64,000 nucleotides of DNA from Podarcis vaucheri (Eukaryota), in the NCBI GenBank assembly GCA_965113315.1, contig OZ220364.1, one strand, 5' to 3'. The translations under genes were made by a program, and so were the position numbers. Position 1 is the first letter of the stretch, and the number at the start of each line of letters is the position of its first letter. The notes beneath the pieces are model-generated. The model was given only the letters and a program-made list of their open reading frames with translations, searched no databases and had not been told where the DNA came from. Positions 13,010 to 25,999 of the stretch are shown piece by piece.

Positions 13010-13130
13010 ACTAGAGCATGGTGCTGGTAACACCAAGGTTACAGGTTTAATCCCGTAAGAAACAGCTGCATATTCCTGCATTGCAGGGGGTGGACTACAT
13101 GTTCCTCAGGGTCCCTGTCAACTCTATGAT
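13010..13130 (+). mobile_element. SINE or CR1 fragment with CR1-type 3' tail; related pieces at about 21089-21220(-), 35625-35713(+), 37941-38070(-), 47219-47335(-)
   Basis: Shared TTCCTGCATTGCAGGGGGT(T)GGACTA...GTCCCT..CAACTCTATGAT tail motif. Confidence 0.65.
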
Positions 13131-13744
13131 GAGAATAAAGATCTACATCAGGAACATCAGGAAAAGGCCACTATAGGTGTGCTATTGTTGGGGAGTCTGC
13201 AGTTCTATCCTCCAAGGAGTGCACCACAGCGGTTGATGCCACTGTGGCAGCAGCAGCGGGCAATGCATTTTTTGGAGGCCAGGTCTGCTGCCTGTGGATC
13301 CTTGCCTCATGGGTGGGCGAGCCCTGTGTTCATTCCAAAAGAAGTTCTGCTACGTTTAATGTGACTTAATCTCAGTAAGGTTGTGACGGGTGTGTGTGTG
13401 GTTAGGATTGCAGTCTTACAGTGGTTTGAGATAAACAGAGAAGGGCAAAGCCACCACCACAAGTGGTGACCAGGCTGATGCACTTTGGATCTTGCTGAGA
13501 TGCCATCTCACTTCCTCCTGATATAGCTCCAAACTGTGGAAGGAGTCAAGAGGCGTGGAGTTAGCCAACCCTTTTGTTGCATTTTGCCACATCCACATGA
13601 ATGTCGGCCACCACTTGGGGTCATCAGAATCCACCAGTCCCAACACAGCCCCCCCCATCTGCTTCAGACGTCCAGCGATCTTTGAGGGAGGTTCCAAGGC
13701 AGCGTGAGAGGAGTTGGAAATGGCAACTCTCCAGTGGGTGGTTC

Positions 13745-14640
13745 CCGGCCTGGGCCCGTCTCGGGCTGCTCTTCCTCGCTTCGCGTGGGCCGTCGGGGCG
13801 GATTCCTCTCGCTGGGTGCTTGGCTGGGCGGCGGCGCCCTGCGCGAGGTTCCCTCCCTTCCCCAAGCCAGCTCAAGGGAATGGGCAGGGAGGCGGGAGCG
13901 CCGGGCGCCTGGGGAGGGACGGGCCCGGCACTGGAGGAGGGCGCCACTTGGACCGGCCGACACCGCCGCCGGCGCCGGAGAAGCCAGCAAGGGCCGCTGC
14001 CTCCTAGCGCAGGTGGCCACAAGGAAGCCGGCTCAGGTGCTTCCGGGCGGCCGGGGCAGCCAGCGAGAGCCTACAAACTCCAGGCAAGCAGCTGCGGGGA
14101 ACCGTCGGTGAGTGTGCGCGTCTTTACGCAGGCCGGGACGTCGGTTTTAGGGAGAGGCGGGATCGACCCATAAAGGGACCGAAGCGTGTCCCATTCACTT
14201 CCTCGAAAGTGTGGCTGCGGAGGGGGACTATAGATCCGGGCCAGAGCCGGCGTGTTTACCTGGAAGGATCCCCACATGGCTCCTCGTGGAACTTCCTAGG
14301 CAGCGCGCTTACGGCGGGCGGCCCACCCTGACTTTGCCGCTAGAGGTATTGCCCCCCCCACCTTGGGAGCAGGAAAGCGAGCATGTAGCCTTACCTCGGC
14401 CCGGCCCGTTCCCAGAATGTGGATGAGGTCCCGACGAGGTGATGCCCGAGCCTAGACCCCCGACAGCAACGGGAGCCTGGCACGCGCACCGACGGTGCCT
14501 GGAGATGCTGTGCATTTATGGCTACCCTGTGAGCGCGCGTTTTGCCCTCGGGTAAACTGTGGGGGCAAGATTAGCAGGCGGTGGGGTCTCCCCTTTGTCC
14601 GATGGAGTGGGAAAGTGCGGAGGGGGCGCTAGCGGGATCT
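13745..14640 (+). promoter_or_regulatory. LRRC8E: CpG-island promoter and non-coding exon 1 of LRRC8E; candidate donor after 14107
   Basis: CpG island about 6.5 kb upstream of the first coding exon; strong donor TCG|GTGAGT at 14107/14108; several ETS-like GGAA/TTCC motifs. Assignment to LRRC8E is an inference. Confidence 0.65.
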
Positions 14641-16134
14641 ACTCCTCAAAAATGAAGGAACGTTGGGTGAAGAGATCTTCTCAACTTGCTCAGTTTAGGA
14701 AGCTCTTCCTCCAAAAAACTCCATTTGGTCCGGCTGGAATGGCACCCTGCGCATGCACAAGGGGGCCTTCCTTCCTTCCTTAATATTGCATCACAGCCCC
14801 CAGGGATGAGCCCTGGCGCTGGAAATGGGCTTGGTGAGCCTGGGTGGATGGTGGTAGCCATCGCTGAAGGCAAGGGATTGAGCAAGGGTGAGGGGGGGGG
14901 TATTGAGACCAGCTCCTGTTGGTGGGCTTCCCATGGGCATCTGGTTGGCAGTGAGAACAGGACGCTGGACCAGATGGACTTTTAGTGTGATCCAGTTGTG
15001 TTGAACTAGACGACAATTCTATGCTTCTTTAATTGTATGCACTGTTTTGGCCCCACCATACTTTTAAAGCACACGGCTTCTTGGGAACTGTAGCTTGTTA
15101 AGAGGTAAACAACAGTCAGGATTATTCAGGGGAAGCCGTGTTCTTTAAATATGCTATGGTGCATCTCTACCCAAATGTAACCATTGCAAATAGGCTGCCT
15201 GTGGTGGGGAACTTTTAGAACTACCACGGCTTAAAGTAACTGCTAGAGTTTTCCAATATCTTTAAATACAGGAGCCCTTTCTCTGTGTGTCTCTCAAACT
15301 GCAGGGGTAAGGGGAGGACTAGGTACCACCAACTCCGACTAAATGTTGTGCTCCTTGGGTGAAAAATAGTCTTGGACTTTCAAGTGTTCTAAAGCAGGTA
15401 CTCATTGCTTTGTCTCTACTTACAGGCTGGTTTTTCCAAGGAATGTATGGGGAGAACAGCAAGGAAAACTAGTTGATAGGAAAGATAAACAATTGCAGGG
15501 GGAAGTTGGCTAGCAGTTCCTGCTCCCTGATTCCTTTCAATGTTATCTGCCTATTTCTGGGAGACTCTTCAGCTTATTTGACAGAGTTTGGGAGCTGCTT
15601 ATTCACACACAGTTGTGTATTCAAAGGCTGCAAACACATTTACACACTGCACATTTAAAGCACCCCTACAAAAAAGAACCATGGGAAATGTAGCTTACAC
15701 AGAGCTACATTTCCTAGCACCTTTAGCAAACTATTATACAGTTCCTAGGATTCTCTGGGTGGGTGTGCTTTAAATGTATGGCATGTCTGCAGCTTGAGAC
15801 AATGAAACCACAGCTTGATATACCTCCTGTTTTGTTTCCACTTTGACGAAGATAATACGTAGACACACAGCCGCTGGAGTGACTGTAATTTAGAAAGTAT
15901 TTAGTCTGGACGTCTCCCGTGATTTTTCATTTCTACAGAAGTAGGGGGATAAGGACAGTCAGTCTGGCACAGAATCTCCCTAATTATAACGCATCTTGAT
16001 TTACTCTCGCTCTCTAGGCACCTGCAGACCCTTCCTTCCTCCCTCCCTCCAGTCCTTCCTTTTATCCAGACAGGCAGGAGGCATTACCAGAGTTCAAGGA
16101 CACATTCCAGCTGGGCAAAACCCCTCAAAGTGTG

Positions 16135-16510
16135 ATTTATTTGTTTCTTTATTCAATTTGTATACCTCCCTTCATCAAAAGATCTCAGAGTGGTAATAAA
16201 ATACAAGATAATACATAGTAAAAAAAAATTAAACCAAAACAACCCCCTTCCCACAGATACATTTGAAAGGCTATAGGATATTAATCAGCCAAAGGCCTGG
16301 CTGAAAAGTATCGTTTTCTCCTGGCGCCTAAAAATATGTAATAAAGGCCCAGGCGATCCTCCCTGGGGAGAGTATTCCACAAATGGGGAGCCACTGCAGA
16401 AAAGGCCTGCTCTTGTGTTGCCACCTTCTGGACCTCATGTGGATGAGGTGTACGAAGAAGGGCCTCAGATGATGAACACAGAGTCTGGGATGGTTTAATA
16501 TGGGGAGAGG
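16135..16510 (-). mobile_element. L2-type LINE 3' fragment
   Basis: Minus frame encodes AFSAVAPHLWNTLP, a typical L2 ORF2 C-terminal motif, followed by an A-rich tail. Confidence 0.7.
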
Positions 16511-18106
16511 CCGTTCCTGTGAAGAAAGGATAGTGAGAAGTGTGGTCTGGATAGAGTCCCAAGGGCCCTATAGAAAGGGTTGCATTTGGCCTGCAGGCAT
16601 GAGGTTTCCCACCCCTGCTTTACGCCAAGGGGCTTTTTTAAAAAAGGTGAAATGAAATAAATAATGGGGTGTATTTTAGTGGAGAGAGGATGAAAGGTGT
16701 CGTGTGAAAGCAGAAGGAGGAGGCAGAGGGATTAGCAGGTGTGGGAAATGATTTGGAAGGCAGAATTCCTGGGTGCTCCACTCTTTCTTTCTTTTTTGGA
16801 AGGTATACGCCATCTAAGATTAGAATGGAAGGCAGGTAGTTTGGGAACCAAAGCATATTGTTGTTTTAAAAAAACTTATTTTCTTTAATCTGGGCGGAGA
16901 CAGGAGCAGAAGAGCTGGTAGCCAGGATGCCCTGGAGCTATTTCTGTTCCAAGAGATCTTTCTATGGAAAATTACTACTCATAACATTAACTTTTATATA
17001 AGTTCCATTACTTTCAGAACATTTTACAAGTCCCATTAAAAGCTTGATTATTCAAATTGCTGGATTTGCCCTCTGTTCACCCCCTCCCCCTTCTTTTTCC
17101 CTTGGCTGCTTCCTCTGAATGGTAACCTTCAGAGATAATTACCCGGCTGGTTTGGTGCTCATAGAAACCAGAACCTTATGCAGACAGTGTCTGTTTCAGC
17201 TGTTCAGACATGTTCTTATGGAAGAAGCTAAGAAAGGGCATGAGCCAGCTCTTAGCAACAGGAGACAAATTGACGTTGGGGAACAGCACCAATGATCTAC
17301 CATGGAGGGATATTGGTTCTGGCCAAAGATTCATCTTGCCCAGCATCACATTGGCCAACCAGATGCCCATGGGAATCCTGCAAGAGAACTTCCCTGCCTG
17401 TGTTTCCCACAAACAAGTATGCAGAGGCATGTTGACGCCAACAGAGGAGGCGGAATATCCACAAATTTGCCTATCCAAGTTGGTGGCCAACCCTCAGTCT
17501 TGTGGGAGCAAATTCTACAGTTTAGCTGCGCACTGTGTGAAGAAGGGCTTTCCTTTGTTCTGAATCTTCTGACATTCAGCTTCATTGAATGTCTCTGGGT
17601 TCTATTATATGTGAGAGGGAGGAATAACTTATTTCTATTTTCTCGACTCCATACCTAATTCTATCTAGCACGTCTCCTGCTTACTTGACCTTTTTTGAAA
17701 CCAGAAAGCCTCAAATCTTGTAAGCTTTTTTCATGTGGAAGTTGCTCCAAGCCACTTGGTCATCCTGGTTCCCCTTCCTTGGGGGTGTCTCCCCTGGTGC
17801 AATGAATAACAACACCCCTCTTGTTAATCATTGGACTTGCACTTGAGGAGCGTCTTAGTAAATTGCACCCAATGATCTTTTGTAACAGGTTAGTAGTGGT
17901 GAGAAAACAAGTTCTACAACTCTTGGAAGGCTGGGAAGGATAATGGAAACCAACACCTTTTTTCGCTTTCAATAGTCTCTTTGTGGAAGTGCCTTTCCAC
18001 CATCAAAATTGACTTTGATCTGGAGGACTCTCTTGCCAGTTGCTGCCAGGCCTGTCTCAGTTAAACCATTTGGCTGACTCTGAAGAGTCAAAGCGAGTCT
18101 ACCACG

Positions 18107-18650
18107 TTTATTTATTCATTTCCATTTTTTGTTTCCTATAAAATCTCTTAAGTGATTTCACAGTAAAAAAAAAAAACAGCAAGAAAAATGATTTCAAGTC
18201 TAATACAAAAGATCTCCACTTAAAAGGCTTGTTAATAAAAGGAAGGTCTGCAATGGACGCTGCAAATACCATAGAGACAGTGCCTGCCTGATGTGTAAAT
18301 GGGAGGGAATTCCAAAGAGCAGGTACCTCCATACTAAAAGCCAAATTCCTGTATCATATGGAGCAGCCCATCCCTTTCAGAGTGCAATGACCAGCTGGGT
18401 ATACAAGAGGTGAGAGTATCATTTAGGTATCCTAGTCTCAACCTGTATACCCAAACCAACAGTTTGAATTTAGCTTGGTAACTAATCAGCAGCCAGTGCA
18501 ATTCTTTCTGCAGTAGCGTAACATGATGGCGATAGTCTTAGTCCCAGTGAACAGTCGAGCCCTCCAGAGACTGTATTGCAGCAATCCAGGGGGGTGGGGT
18601 GGAGAGGGTTACCAGTACATGGATGACAGTAGTCAATCTATCCTGGTCCA
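18107..18650 (-). mobile_element. L2-type LINE 3' fragment
   Basis: AFSMEVPALWNSLP motif; AATAAATAA tail on the minus strand. Confidence 0.6.
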
Positions 18651-19059
18651 ATTTGATATCTCTTAAAACACATAGTTTTGGGAGTCTGAATTAGATTAAG
18701 GAAATGTTGGCATGGGGTGAGTCTAGAGAGAAGTGTATTTTTCACACTTTTTCTAAAGTGTTATTTACTTTGGAACTATAACTTCATCAGTCAAGTTGGA
18801 TGAATCCTGCTTGATGAAGATGAGATGGTGATAAAATCAAACATTTGAGGCATATGTATCAATGTACAGTAGTGCAATGTTTCAGAACTGGCGATGGAGG
18901 TAGAAACATCAGTTGGCTGCTTTTAGCTCTGTATTTGTTTTCATCATTGATGTAATTCTGTTGTTTATCCTTTGTTGTGCATCACTCTGGGCTCTGTTGG
19001 AGGAAGAGTGATTCGCAACACAATTAATTACTATTGTTATGAAAAAAATAATATAGAAA

Positions 19060-19600
19060 ATCTCTGTACTGTACTAAGCACAGTATATTTTCCCTGCATG
19101 GTTCCCCCGCCCCCAGTTAACCAACACCTAAACTTCATGCTGACCTTTCATATTTACACATTTCACTGTTTGCACATTGTTGGGAACCTGCAATTGTACT
19201 GAGAAGCCACAGCCATCTACACACAGTTCATGTGTGGTGAAACTGATGAAGCCATTCAGGGACCACCAGATTCCATGGATGCTCAGTCTGCTGCCATGCT
19301 GCCCTCTGCTGTTCTGAATTTTGCCCATGCAGTTTCCTCTTCGATAGAATGACTAGCACAGAGCAATCCAGGACCATCAGAGGCAGATCCTGCATGCCTA
19401 CCAAGAGAAGAGAAGTCCATGTTGGGGGTCATTAGATAATCAGAAAGGGAGATGAAAACAGATCGCACCCTCTGATCATACTGCTAAAGAGTATCTTCCT
19501 TCTGGATTTTGGTAGGGCTGAGGCAACACTAGACTTTAGAGGCAGGATTAACATTCCCCCCTCCTTGGTTCTCCTTGGCACATTCCATGCTGCTCCTCCA
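19060..19600 (+). mobile_element. Possible highly decayed DIRS-type tyrosine-recombinase remnant
   Basis: By-eye resemblance only: VNQHLNF..F...HCLHIVGNLQLY*EAT and a later ..AHS versus the DIRS YR pattern HLNQ.I.LP.F...LH.LDV.RAL..Y..RT...AHSTR. Confidence 0.3.
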
Positions 19601-20900
19601 ACATCTTTGGCCAGGCCAGTGTAGCGAGAGCACTACTATAGCAACCAGAATCTCAGAGACTGCTCTGTTCTATGGTGCCAGAGTCTAGGTGCTGGGCAGG
19701 AATGTAGCTGTGAAGGTTGCTCTTTTAGGGTTTCTGCAGAAGGTGTCATCCAGAGGACAGATACACATGTAACTTGTGATTCTGCCATCCCATCCTAAAC
19801 CAAAGGAGAGGAGACAAAGGAATTTTGCATAAGCTATAGCAAGGAGATTGCCATACCTACACCAGTCTATTCAAAGATTAGATTTTCTCCTGGTGGTGTT
19901 GGAAGCCAGATCCATCTTCACCATGAGTACTCTATTTGGGTGAGTGAGTAGGTCTTGGCCTCCTCGATGAAGAAGGCATGGCTGCACATTTACATCTCTG
20001 AGAATCTTGCATAGAAGGCAGTATAATTGGTAGCATAGTGGGATCATCTGAATAGACAACACTGATCCCGTTATTCCAGTGTGACACTATTGGGCATTAT
20101 ATTCCCAGTGGCATCATATACCAGGCAGATTCATGTGGCCCTGAGTCTCGTCCTTCCATCCCCAAGGCCAGGGTCCAAACTATGAATATACCTCTCTTGT
20201 TCAACTCTCAATACCAGACCCTACAAAAAAATAACTGTCCTAAAAATAAAAATTTGCTTCCACATAGGCTTGTACTTCAAACTACCACAATAAAATCTAT
20301 AAGCATCATCACTTTGGGGGGCTGTTAGGTTGCCAGCGTTGCTATCTGTATTTTTCTATTTTCCCTGTGTATTTAAATATGTTAGCAAACACAAGCGAGG
20401 AATGGCAGTTTCTTGAATTCTTGCGTGAGTCCCCTCTGCAGCAATGTTGCTGACCAGATAGCCCTGCCTTGCCCTGCCTTGGTGCTGGGTGTGGCAGCCA
20501 TATAAAAACAGTGGGTTTTCTTGGTCTTTGAAATAAGCTGCCTCACTGTGAGATGTGGATGCTGGCCCATGAAAGAGGAAGTAGCATGTCAAAGCACTGC
20601 AAGGGGTCCTTATGGGCCTAGAGATGCTACTGCAGTAGATGCCAGAGTCTGCCTAATTTGGCTATGTTTTCTGCCAGGTGTAAACACTGGCTATTAAAGT
20701 GTTTTAGGGCAGGCACCAATCTAGAAGGCAGCTCCCTCTTCATGTGCATGGTATTGTCCCAGTGGTGTATGTATGTCGGACAAAGGACACCTAGGTTGTG
20801 CAAGAACAGGAAGAGATTATAGGCCCTGCAGCCAGCCCATGAGTATTGCTAAAAGTGAGAGCTGACTGTTCTAATCCTTCACTGTCTTTTGGCAGGCAGT

Positions 20901-21038
20901 ATGATCCCGGTGGCCGAATTCAAGCAGTTCACAGACCAGCAGCCTGCTTTCAAGGTTCTCAAGCCATGGTGGGATGTGTTGGCCGAGTACATCACCATAG
21001 CCATGCTGATGATAGGAGTTTTTGGCTGCACTTTGCAG
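20901..21038 (+). CDS. LRRC8E: LRRC8E coding exon 1 (aa 1-46), volume-regulated anion channel subunit
   Basis: [46 protein letters not shown] matches the LRRC8E N-terminus; acceptor TTTTGGCAG ending 20895, donor CAG|GTGAGT; 138 nt, phase 0. Confidence 0.95.
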
Positions 21039-22219
21039 GTGAGTGCGTATGGGGGGAGCCCACGCAGTGCCTAGATGCCGCCATGGTGTCATAGAATCAG
21101 AGGATTGTAGAGTTGGAAAGGACCCTCGCAATGCAGGCGTCGCAGCTAGAGCATCCGTGAAAGATGGCCGTCCAACGTCTGCTTGAAAACCTCCAAGGAA
21201 GGAGAATTGGAATCATTGGAATCTTGGGGTGATGTTCCACTGCCCGTGGAAGAAGAGGCTCTAAATGTTTGGGGGCAGTCTGGACAAGGGTGGAACTGAC
21301 CCTAGCACAGAAATGGTCAACTTCTACAGCCTGGGGGGTTGGATTCTCTGCAGCCCACCACTTGTAAGGGGTGGCGGCCTAGCACTGTGCAGCCTCAGTA
21401 ACTTAGGCAGGGAGGCTCTGTTCTCCAAACGTTGAAGACCGACTTCTCTCCTACATGGCAGAGATGAGAGATTGAGTATTGAGTTTACTGTATTCATGCA
21501 GCCTTAGTACAGAGAAGAAGGTATGGGAGCCACAACTTTTAAGATTCTATCCCATGTTACAGAAAGGGCATGAAGTATTAGGTGATATATACCAAAGCAG
21601 GCCTGGGAAGGACCTCTGTGCCATGACTTCACCTTCTCTTGCCAATGCTTTATCATAAGACTCCTCAGATCCAAAGAAGCCTACAGAGCGTTAGATCCTT
21701 GGGAAGGAAAGATAAGACATGTCTCATATAACCCCTCATTCTGTAATCAGTATGGAAAACGCAGCCCTATAGCTGACACAGCATAGAAAATGCATGCAGA
21801 CAAGTTATTAGCAGATTTATACAGGGGCAGATTTCCCCTTGGTCCCTTTAGTATTAAGACTAGATTATCAGTTCATTTAAATTAGCTCCATTTTGACTAC
21901 ACATGAAGCAGTATTAGATATTAGACTTTGTCATTTCAGACAACAGTTGGGGGAGGATCCTTTTTTAATAACACGTAGCACAAAACTCCTTAAAAGTGAA
22001 ACCAGCACATCAGAAAGAGCTGTTCTAGACCAGCCCACTCCTTGCTATGCTAGTTTTCTACCTGCAGAGACTTTTTAAAAAACATATGAAGAGGTACAGT
22101 CCATTCAGCCACTTCAAGGCTTTCCTTGTTCATCCCCACCTGATATAAACTGTTGCGTTCTACCACCAGCCTGTTTTCTATCATGTTCCTCTCTTCTCTT
22201 TCCTAACCTGATGTGACAG

Positions 22220-24472
22220 GTGACACAAGATAAGATTATCTGCCTTCCCAACCATGTGCCTGATGGCACAACCTTCACTGGTGCATCTTGTGAAGATTTC
22301 ACGAAGAAGAGAGCCAATGCCTCTGAGCCAATAGGACCCTCTGCCAACCAGCGAATGAATGGATTGAAGAACAACCTAGACCTCCAACAGTACAGCTACA
22401 TCAATCAGATGTGCTATGAGACGGCCCTCCATTGGTATGCCAAATACTTCCCATACCTCGTGGTTATCCACACCCTCATCTTCATGGCGTGCACCTCGTT
22501 CTGGTTCAAGTTTCCTGGGACCAGTTCCAAGATTGAGCATTTTATCTCCATCCTGAGCAAGTGCTTTGACTCGCCCTGGACTACTCGAGCCATCTCTGAA
22601 GTCTCTGGGGATAACCAGGAAAATGCATTCTTAGAGAAGGGGTACCGGAGGAGGAAAAGCAGTGCTCCCAGCGAGACAGCTGAACTCAACCCCCCCGGGG
22701 GATCGGTGTCAGAAAAGAAGGTTTCAGAGTCCTCCCCGGTTAGCCTATTGGACAAGAAGGAAGGGGAGCAGGCCAAGGCTCTCTTTGAAAAGGTGAAGAA
22801 GTTCCGGCTCCACGTTGAAAAAGGAGACATCCTTTACACCATGTATATCCGCCAAACCGTTCTCAAAGTCTTCAAGTTTCTCGTCATCATTGCCTACAAT
22901 GCAGCCTTGGTTTCCAATATCAGCTTCATTGTGCCATGCACTGTCAGGATGGAGGACATGACAGGCTATGACCATTTCTGCTGCAATCACACCAAAGCCC
23001 ACCTCTTCTCCAAACTGGCCATCTGCTACATCTGCTTCCTTGGCATATATGGCATGACGTGTCTCTACACCCTCTACTGGCTGTTTCACCGGCCACTGAA
23101 AGAGTACTCCTTTCAATTTGCACGCAACGAGACAGGCATCAGCGACATTCCTGACGTCAAGAACGACTTTGCTTTCATGCTCCACCTCATTGACCAGTAT
23201 GATTCCCTCTACTCCAAGCGCTTTGCTGTCTTCCTTTCCGAGGTCAGCGAGTTCAGACTCAAGCAGATCAACCTCAGTCATGAGTGGACGGTGGACAAAC
23301 TGCGGCAGAAGCTGCAAACCAACGCGCAAGGCCGGCTGGAGCTCCATCTCTTCATGCTACCAGGGTTGCCTGACACCACCTTTGAGCTGAATGAGCTGCA
23401 GTCCCTGAAGCTGGAGCTCCTCAAAGATGTGACATTCCCACCCTCAGTGACTCAGCTGGCCCAGCTCCAGGAGCTCACACTGATCAACTCTCCCGTCAAG
23501 CTCTCTTTCACCTCTCTTATGTTCTTCCGTGAGCAGCTGAAGGTAATGACTGTGAAGTTTGATGACATCAAAGATATACCACTATGGACCTACAACTTGA
23601 GAGGCTTGGAAGAGCTGCACATCTCAGGACTTTTCAGTCCAGAGATGGGCCGGGCAGGGACTCTGGAGAACCTGCGTGAGCTGAGGAATCTGAAGACCTT
23701 GACTCTGCACAGCAACATCTCAAAACTGCCACCTAGCGTGTCTGACGTTGCCGCCCATCTGCAGAAGCTCAGGATCTACAATGATGGGACTAAGCTAGTG
23801 ACCCTCAACAACCTCAAGAAGCTCTTCTCTGTGCAAGAAGTGGAGCTGATAAACTGCAACCTGGAACGCATCCCCCATGCTGTCTTCAGCCTGGTGAACA
23901 TGCAGCAGTTGGACCTCAAAGATAACCAGCTGCAGTCCATTGCAGAGATCATCAGCTTCCAGCATTGCCGCAAGCTGGTGTGCCTCAAACTTTGGCACAA
24001 CCACATTTCCAGCATTCCTGAACACTTCCGCAAGCTCAAGACCTTAGAGCAGCTTGACCTCAGCCATAACCGCATTGAGGTCCTCCCTTCCCAACTATTC
24101 CAGTGTTCTAGGCTGCACACTTTGGACCTTTCCTATAACAATATCCAGGTCATTCCCCCTGGGATGGGAGTCCTGCAGAGCCTTCAGCATTTTGCCATTT
24201 CTCACAACTCCTTAGAGGCACTGCCAAATGAAATCTTCTTCTGCAAGCAACTCCGGGTTCTCAAAGTGGGACACAACAAACTGCATCGCCTCTCTGACCG
24301 CGTGAGTTGGCTGCCTTCGCTCTCCACGCTAGACTTGAGAGGAAATCCCCTTCAGGCCCTTCCCTTGGAGATTGGCCAGTGCCCAGTGCTCAAACGGAAT
24401 GGCCTGCTGGTGGAGAGCAGTCTTTATGAGGCGTTGCCTATGGAAATTAGGGAGAAAATGGAGGATCAGTGA
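22220..24472 (+). CDS. LRRC8E: LRRC8E coding exon 2 (aa 47-796): TM2-4 and complete LRR domain
   Basis: Acceptor GACAG|GTGACA; LRRC8 motifs [48 protein letters not shown]; many LxxLxLxxNxL repeats; joined CDS 2391 nt = 796 aa; lies upstream of MAP2K7 as in mammals. Confidence 0.95.
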   Translation: MTQDKIICLPNHVPDGTTFTGASCEDFTKKRANASEPIGPSANQRMNGLKNNLDLQQYSYINQMCYETALHWYAKYFPYLVVIHTLIFMACTSFWFKFPGTSSKIEHFISILSKCFDSPWTTRAISEVSGDNQENAFLEKGYRRRKSSAPSETAELNPPGGSVSEKKVSESSPVSLLDKKEGEQAKALFEKVKKFRLHVEKGDILYTMYIRQTVLKVFKFLVIIAYNAALVSNISFIVPCTVRMEDMTGYDHFCCNHTKAHLFSKLAICYICFLGIYGMTCLYTLYWLFHRPLKEYSFQFARNETGISDIPDVKNDFAFMLHLIDQYDSLYSKRFAVFLSEVSEFRLKQINLSHEWTVDKLRQKLQTNAQGRLELHLFMLPGLPDTTFELNELQSLKLELLKDVTFPPSVTQLAQLQELTLINSPVKLSFTSLMFFREQLKVMTVKFDDIKDIPLWTYNLRGLEELHISGLFSPEMGRAGTLENLRELRNLKTLTLHSNISKLPPSVSDVAAHLQKLRIYNDGTKLVTLNNLKKLFSVQEVELINCNLERIPHAVFSLVNMQQLDLKDNQLQSIAEIISFQHCRKLVCLKLWHNHISSIPEHFRKLKTLEQLDLSHNRIEVLPSQLFQCSRLHTLDLSYNNIQVIPPGMGVLQSLQHFAISHNSLEALPNEIFFCKQLRVLKVGHNKLHRLSDRVSWLPSLSTLDLRGNPLQALPLEIGQCPVLKRNGLLVESSLYEALPMEIREKMEDQ

Positions 24473-24639
24473 TGAGGAGAATGATAAAGGGGACAGGGGT
24501 GTCCTCTCATGTGTTGGCCCCTTTGAGTCCAAGCATGGACTGAATGGGGGAGCTGGCTGGACTTCTATCTTCGGCTGGAACCAAGGAGGGAATGGGAACT
24601 TTTCACCCTAATAAGGGAGCAAAGGAATTGAAAAGACAC

Positions 24640-24645
24640 AATAAA
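24640..24645 (+). other. Candidate proximal polyadenylation signal for LRRC8E (alternative ATTAAA at 25864-25869)
   Basis: AATAAA about 170 nt after the stop codon; usage unknown. Confidence 0.3.
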
Positions 24646-25937
24646 GAGCAAAAGTAGAAAGTGACTTTTAAAAAAATAACCCTGTTTTCTGAATGGATAA
24701 GACCACAGGAATTGTCCATTGGGGCGGGGGCGGAAGCACAGCTACACCTGACCAAATCATCATTATAGCTATTTTTGTACATGTGTTGTGTACTGGTGTA
24801 TCTTTGTGAAATGCCCTGGGGCTTTGCGGGATTGTTCTGTTCAAAACTCCTATCTCTGCTCCCTTCTCCTCATCAATGTGTTCAGCTCGCAGGCCTGTAG
24901 CTTACAAAGCCCATCTTTTGAGCTTATTAGAAAACTTTCTTTTCTGCAGTTTCAAATTCCTATATATCATGGGGTGGGGAATCAGGGACAGGCAACTCTT
25001 CAACAGGGAAATAGCCTAATTCCTTTTACTTCTTTGTTCAAAGAAGGGCTGTGTTCCTTAGCACTGGACAGACAGAGCACAATGCCTTCACATACCACTG
25101 ACTGTAAGGAATCTTCTTATGTTTGTGTGTGTCTGTGTACATATGCATGTATACCTTAATCCCTTCTGGTTTCTGTTTTTGTCACATTCTAATCAGGGTG
25201 ACATTAGTTTATCAGTTCTTCTTGAGTGCTAGAGCTGAACTTTCTGGCTGTTCAGATCTCTTCCCTCTTCAGGCTAGGAGAGCCTAGCACCACAGATCCT
25301 CTTCAGAACTCACTTCCTCTCTCATTACCTTCTCACGTAATTTCAGTGAGCACCACACATGGAAGAGAGGAGGAATCCTGCACTGTGAAAACCCATCCTC
25401 ACTACCACTTATGAAAAGCCACCTTATTTCCCCCTGGAGCCTTTAATCAGTTCTCCACATATTCCAATCCCAGCATAGGTTGAAGTCGCTTTCTCACTCC
25501 TCCTATAAGCACAGACATTCTTTCTACCCATTTTCTGTAATCAAGGCAGGTAAGTGCCTTTTGCTTAGCACATGAAGGGAGATGTGGGACTTCCCAGGTG
25601 GCTTGGGCTTGCTTCTGTTTCATCCCTTTGGGTCTCAGCTCTCTTACGGCCTCTTGAGACGCAAGCAGACTCTTCTGGGCCTGCCGTAACCTGGCCTTCT
25701 CTTCCTGCTTTACCTGATTGCAGAGCACTTTGGGGCATGTAAAAGCCATTGGAAAAGGGACCCTGCTTCCTCAATGGCAAAGCAACTCAAAGCTGGTCTC
25801 AGAATCCTACCTGTTGGCAGCAGACTCCTTCATATCCAGTTAAAGTATGTTTAGAAAAAGTTTATTAAAAATAAGAGAAAGCTGAAATGCATGGCATTAA
25901 GAAACAATAGTGCACACTTTTAGCAGATGCTATGCTA

Positions 25938-25940
<3 letters not shown>

Positions 25941-25981
<41 letters not shown>

Positions 25982-25999
25982 GGGTGTGTGTGTGTGTGT
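25941..25999. repeat. Compound (CT)n/(GT)n microsatellite
   Basis: Direct tandem repeats. Confidence 0.9.

Noticed and set aside
3000-13700. Searched for an LRRC8B-like remnant upstream of LRRC8E (for example ORF 8010-8321 with LEELIL/FLDLS, and ORF 11262 with PFRVL)
   Set aside because: No KPWWD, KYFPY or regular LRR pattern; the resemblance is at chance level.
13416-14985. Cluster of overlapping 100-190 aa ORFs (likewise 2490-2986 and 38121-39057)
   Set aside because: Stop-poor GC-rich CpG islands giving low-complexity G/A/R/P translations; only MAP2K7 exon 1 is recognisable.
22114-24611. Several antisense and alternative-frame ORFs (up to 200 aa) overlapping LRRC8E, and similar ones over 33990-34443
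   Set aside because: Shadow ORFs caused by codon bias of the real CDS; no recognisable motifs.
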